Assembly: GCA_963668315.1 (NCBI GenBank)
Contig: OY764216.1
Location: 864,001-928,000, forward strand
Source of the DNA: Spirochaetia bacterium
Lineage (GTDB): Bacteria > Spirochaetota > Spirochaetia > DSM-2461
Direction: 5' to 3'
Length of the DNA: 64,000 nucleotides
Under the pieces are notes generated by a model that worked only from the letters and a program-made list of their open reading frames with translations, searched no databases and had not been told where the DNA came from. Positions 61,806 through 64,000 of this stretch are shown in pieces (positions within the stretch are counted from its first letter, which is position 1; every line of letters starts with the position of its first letter). Both the position numbers and the translations under genes were made by a program.

Positions 61806-61830
61806 CCCGGCGGGTGGACAGCCCGCCGGG
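61806..61830 (+). other. Intercistronic 9-bp stem-loop after the SBP gene
   Basis: CCCGGCGGG pairs with CCCGCCGGG, with no long U tail. Confidence 0.6.
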
Positions 61831-61861
61831 TTATTTAAGGTAGAATCACTATGAGGCAACA

Positions 61862-62890
61862 ATGAAAAGGAAAAACATATTCAAGAGTCCCTTTTTCAAA
61901 TATCTTGTTCAGAGGCTCGGACAGTTCCTCCTCGTCGTCTTTGTCGGTATTACGGTTACTTTTATCGTACCCCGCCTCTCTCCGACGAATCCGGTGGAAC
62001 AGAAAATTAATCAGATGATGGTTTCCGGGGCGAATATTTATCCCGATGCTCTGGAAAGTTTCCGATCGGCCATGACGGAAATGTACGGTCTGGAAGGCAG
62101 CGCGTGGGACCAATACTGGGCTTTCTGGGGGCGGTTTCTCAAGGGAGATCTGGGCCCTTCCCTGTCTTCCTATCCGATGCCTGTCATCGATCTGATAAAG
62201 AAGGCTCTTCCCTGGACCATCGGGCTTATGCTGACCACCACTCTAATCTCCTGGGTTATCGGTAATATCCTGGGGGGACTGGCGGGATATTTCCCCGATA
62301 AGAAATGGGTCAAATGGGCCGAGCTCGGGGCGACCTGCATACGGCCGATCCCCTACTATATCACCGCTTTTATCCTTCTGATCATATTCTGTTTTATCTT
62401 TCCCATCTTTCCCACTTCCGGAGCCTACGCCAGAGGGGCAATAGAAGGATTCAATTTGAAATTTATAGGCAGCGTCCTTTACCATACATTCCTGCCGGCC
62501 CTTTCGCTTATCCTCGTCGGTCTGGGGGGGTGGCTCCTGGGAATGAGAAGTCTTGTTTCCAATATCGTGGCCGACGACTTCGTCCTTTATGCGGAAGCCG
62601 GCGGCGTCGACCAGAACACCATTCTGAACAAGTACGTGATCCGAAACGCCCTGCTTCCCCAAATCACCGGTCTGGGCATGAGCCTGGGTGCCGTGTTCTC
62701 GGGAGCCCTGATAACAGAGATCGTCTTCGGAATCCCCGGCCTGGGGCTTCTGACCTACCGGGCGGTCATGAATTTCGACTACAGCCTCATAATGGGAGTC
62801 TCCATATTTTCCATCATGGGCGTTTCCGTGTCGGTGCTCATCGTGGATCTGCTGTATCCCCTGTTTGATCCCCGGATCAGGTTAGGTTAG
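61862..62890 (+). CDS. DppB/OppB-like ABC permease
   Basis: GDLGPS, LPWTIGL, RNALLPQIT, EIVFGIPGLG and LFDPRIR. Confidence 0.92.
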   Translation: MKRKNIFKSPFFKYLVQRLGQFLLVVFVGITVTFIVPRLSPTNPVEQKINQMMVSGANIYPDALESFRSAMTEMYGLEGSAWDQYWAFWGRFLKGDLGPSLSSYPMPVIDLIKKALPWTIGLMLTTTLISWVIGNILGGLAGYFPDKKWVKWAELGATCIRPIPYYITAFILLIIFCFIFPIFPTSGAYARGAIEGFNLKFIGSVLYHTFLPALSLILVGLGGWLLGMRSLVSNIVADDFVLYAEAGGVDQNTILNKYVIRNALLPQITGLGMSLGAVFSGALITEIVFGIPGLGLLTYRAVMNFDYSLIMGVSIFSIMGVSVSVLIVDLLYPLFDPRIRLG

Positions 62891-62900
62891 GGAGGACGTA

Positions 62901-63761
62901 ATGAAAAGAGTATTTATTGACATGCTTAAGAACTCGCGGCCCTTCCGGTTCGGAGTGGCGGCGGCCCTTTTTCTGATTATTATGATCATCCTCTCCTTTT
63001 TTTCCCCCTATCCGTCCAACGAATCCTTTCTGGTGATGGATGACGCCCCGCCCTCCTTCGAGCATATTTTCGGAACGAACAGCCGGGGGCAGGACCTTTT
63101 CTGGCAGATGACCTTTGCCTTGAGAAACTCCTTTTTCTTCGGTGTCATCACTGCGGTGATCAGCCGTATCATCTCCCTTGTCGTCGGGTTGTATTCGGGC
63201 TACAAGCAGGGGGTTATCGACCGCGTCCTTATGGCGGTTAACGACAGTTTCGTGATTATGCCCGTCCTCCCGATTCTCATCCTGCTGAACTTCCTGTTAA
63301 AGGAAAAGATGAACTGGGTAATCATGGCGGCGATTCTCTCTCTGTTCGGCTGGGCCTTCGACGCGCGGCTTATCCGCTCCAAGGCCATGTCCCTCCGTTT
63401 TCAGCTGTTTACCGATACGGCGGTATTCTCGGGCTTCGGCACCAGGAAAATCATTTTCAGAGAGCATTTCCCCTATGTGCTTCCCATCGTTTTTTCCACC
63501 ACCATCAACAACATGCTGTGGGCCATCGGTATGGAAGTGACCCTGGCTATTCTGGGCCTGACCAATGTCAACGACCCCACCATAGGAGTGACCATCTACT
63601 GGGCCAACCAGCATCAGGCTCTCATTTCCGGCGTCTGGTGGTGGATCGCCATTCCCGTCGTCATCACCGTATTTGTCTTTACCGGATTGTACATGCTTTC
63701 CATAAGCATCAATAAGTATATCGATCCCCGGACGCGGCTGCAGAGAAAAGGAAGTAATTGA
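62901..63761 (+). CDS. DppC/OppC-like ABC permease
   Basis: PPSFEHIFGTNSRGQDLF, ARLIRS, WWWIAIP and DPR. Confidence 0.92.
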   Translation: MKRVFIDMLKNSRPFRFGVAAALFLIIMIILSFFSPYPSNESFLVMDDAPPSFEHIFGTNSRGQDLFWQMTFALRNSFFFGVITAVISRIISLVVGLYSGYKQGVIDRVLMAVNDSFVIMPVLPILILLNFLLKEKMNWVIMAAILSLFGWAFDARLIRSKAMSLRFQLFTDTAVFSGFGTRKIIFREHFPYVLPIVFSTTINNMLWAIGMEVTLAILGLTNVNDPTIGVTIYWANQHQALISGVWWWIAIPVVITVFVFTGLYMLSISINKYIDPRTRLQRKGSN

Positions 63762-63763
63762 TC

Positions 63764-64000
63764 ATGAGTCAGAATGTATTGAATGTTGAGCAGCTGAACG
63801 CCGTATACAAGACGGAATTGTACGGCATACAGAGGGAAGTGAAAGTCATCAACGATATCTCCCTGACTTTAAAAAAGGACGAGGTTTTCGGGATCGCCGG
63901 AGAGTCGGGAAGCGGTAAAACCACGCTGATCAAGCTTCTTTCCGGGACCCACCGGGCCCCCCTGACGGTTCTGGGGGGAAAGGTCAGTTATGACTTCGAA
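63764..64000 (+). CDS. DppD/OppD-like ABC ATPase, 3'-truncated by the window edge
   Basis: My translation: MSQNVLNVEQLNAVY...FGIAGESGSGKTT, containing Walker A. Confidence 0.9.
   Translation, partial: MSQNVLNVEQLNAVYKTELYGIQREVKVINDISLTLKKDEVFGIAGESGSGKTTLIKLLSGTHRAPLTVLGGKVSYDFE

Overview
Chromosomal window from what looks like an anaerobic or fermentative member of the Spirochaetota. This is an inference from the lipoprotein and 'LxAQG' signal peptides, the eukaryote/archaea-type ProRS and Treponema-style Ig-repeat envelope proteins. Main content in order: (1) a leuA-leuC-leuD-tam-leuB-cimA operon under a complete, unannotated ribosome-dependent attenuator whose 28-aa leader is rich in Ile and rare-codon Leu; (2) a carbohydrate locus with a sugar ABC transporter, a YesM/YesN-like two-component pair, a GH120-like glycosidase that appears to start at ATA, a Gfo/Idh/MocA plus TIM-barrel pair, and AraC; (3) an orphan HicB, then a 16-kb two-gene module encoding a 1556-aa Ig-repeat protein ending in a probable 8-stranded beta-barrel and a 3781-aa acidic Ig-repeat lipoprotein; (4) tldD-tldE with a coupled solute-binding protein, msrB-msrA, an MMPL/RND transporter, an EFR1-type protein, mpg, an SDR, a GNA-triloop-rich Flavo-1-like element, a degenerate histidine-kinase protein, proS, a GGDEF-EAL protein, a short asparaginase, pyk, sua5, a hybrid kinase and a family-5 ABC transporter cut by the window end. 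About eight genes have promoter geometry suggesting leaderless or near-leaderless mRNAs. I saw no rRNA, tRNA, CRISPR array or transposase. All family calls come from motif recognition by eye, not from database searches.
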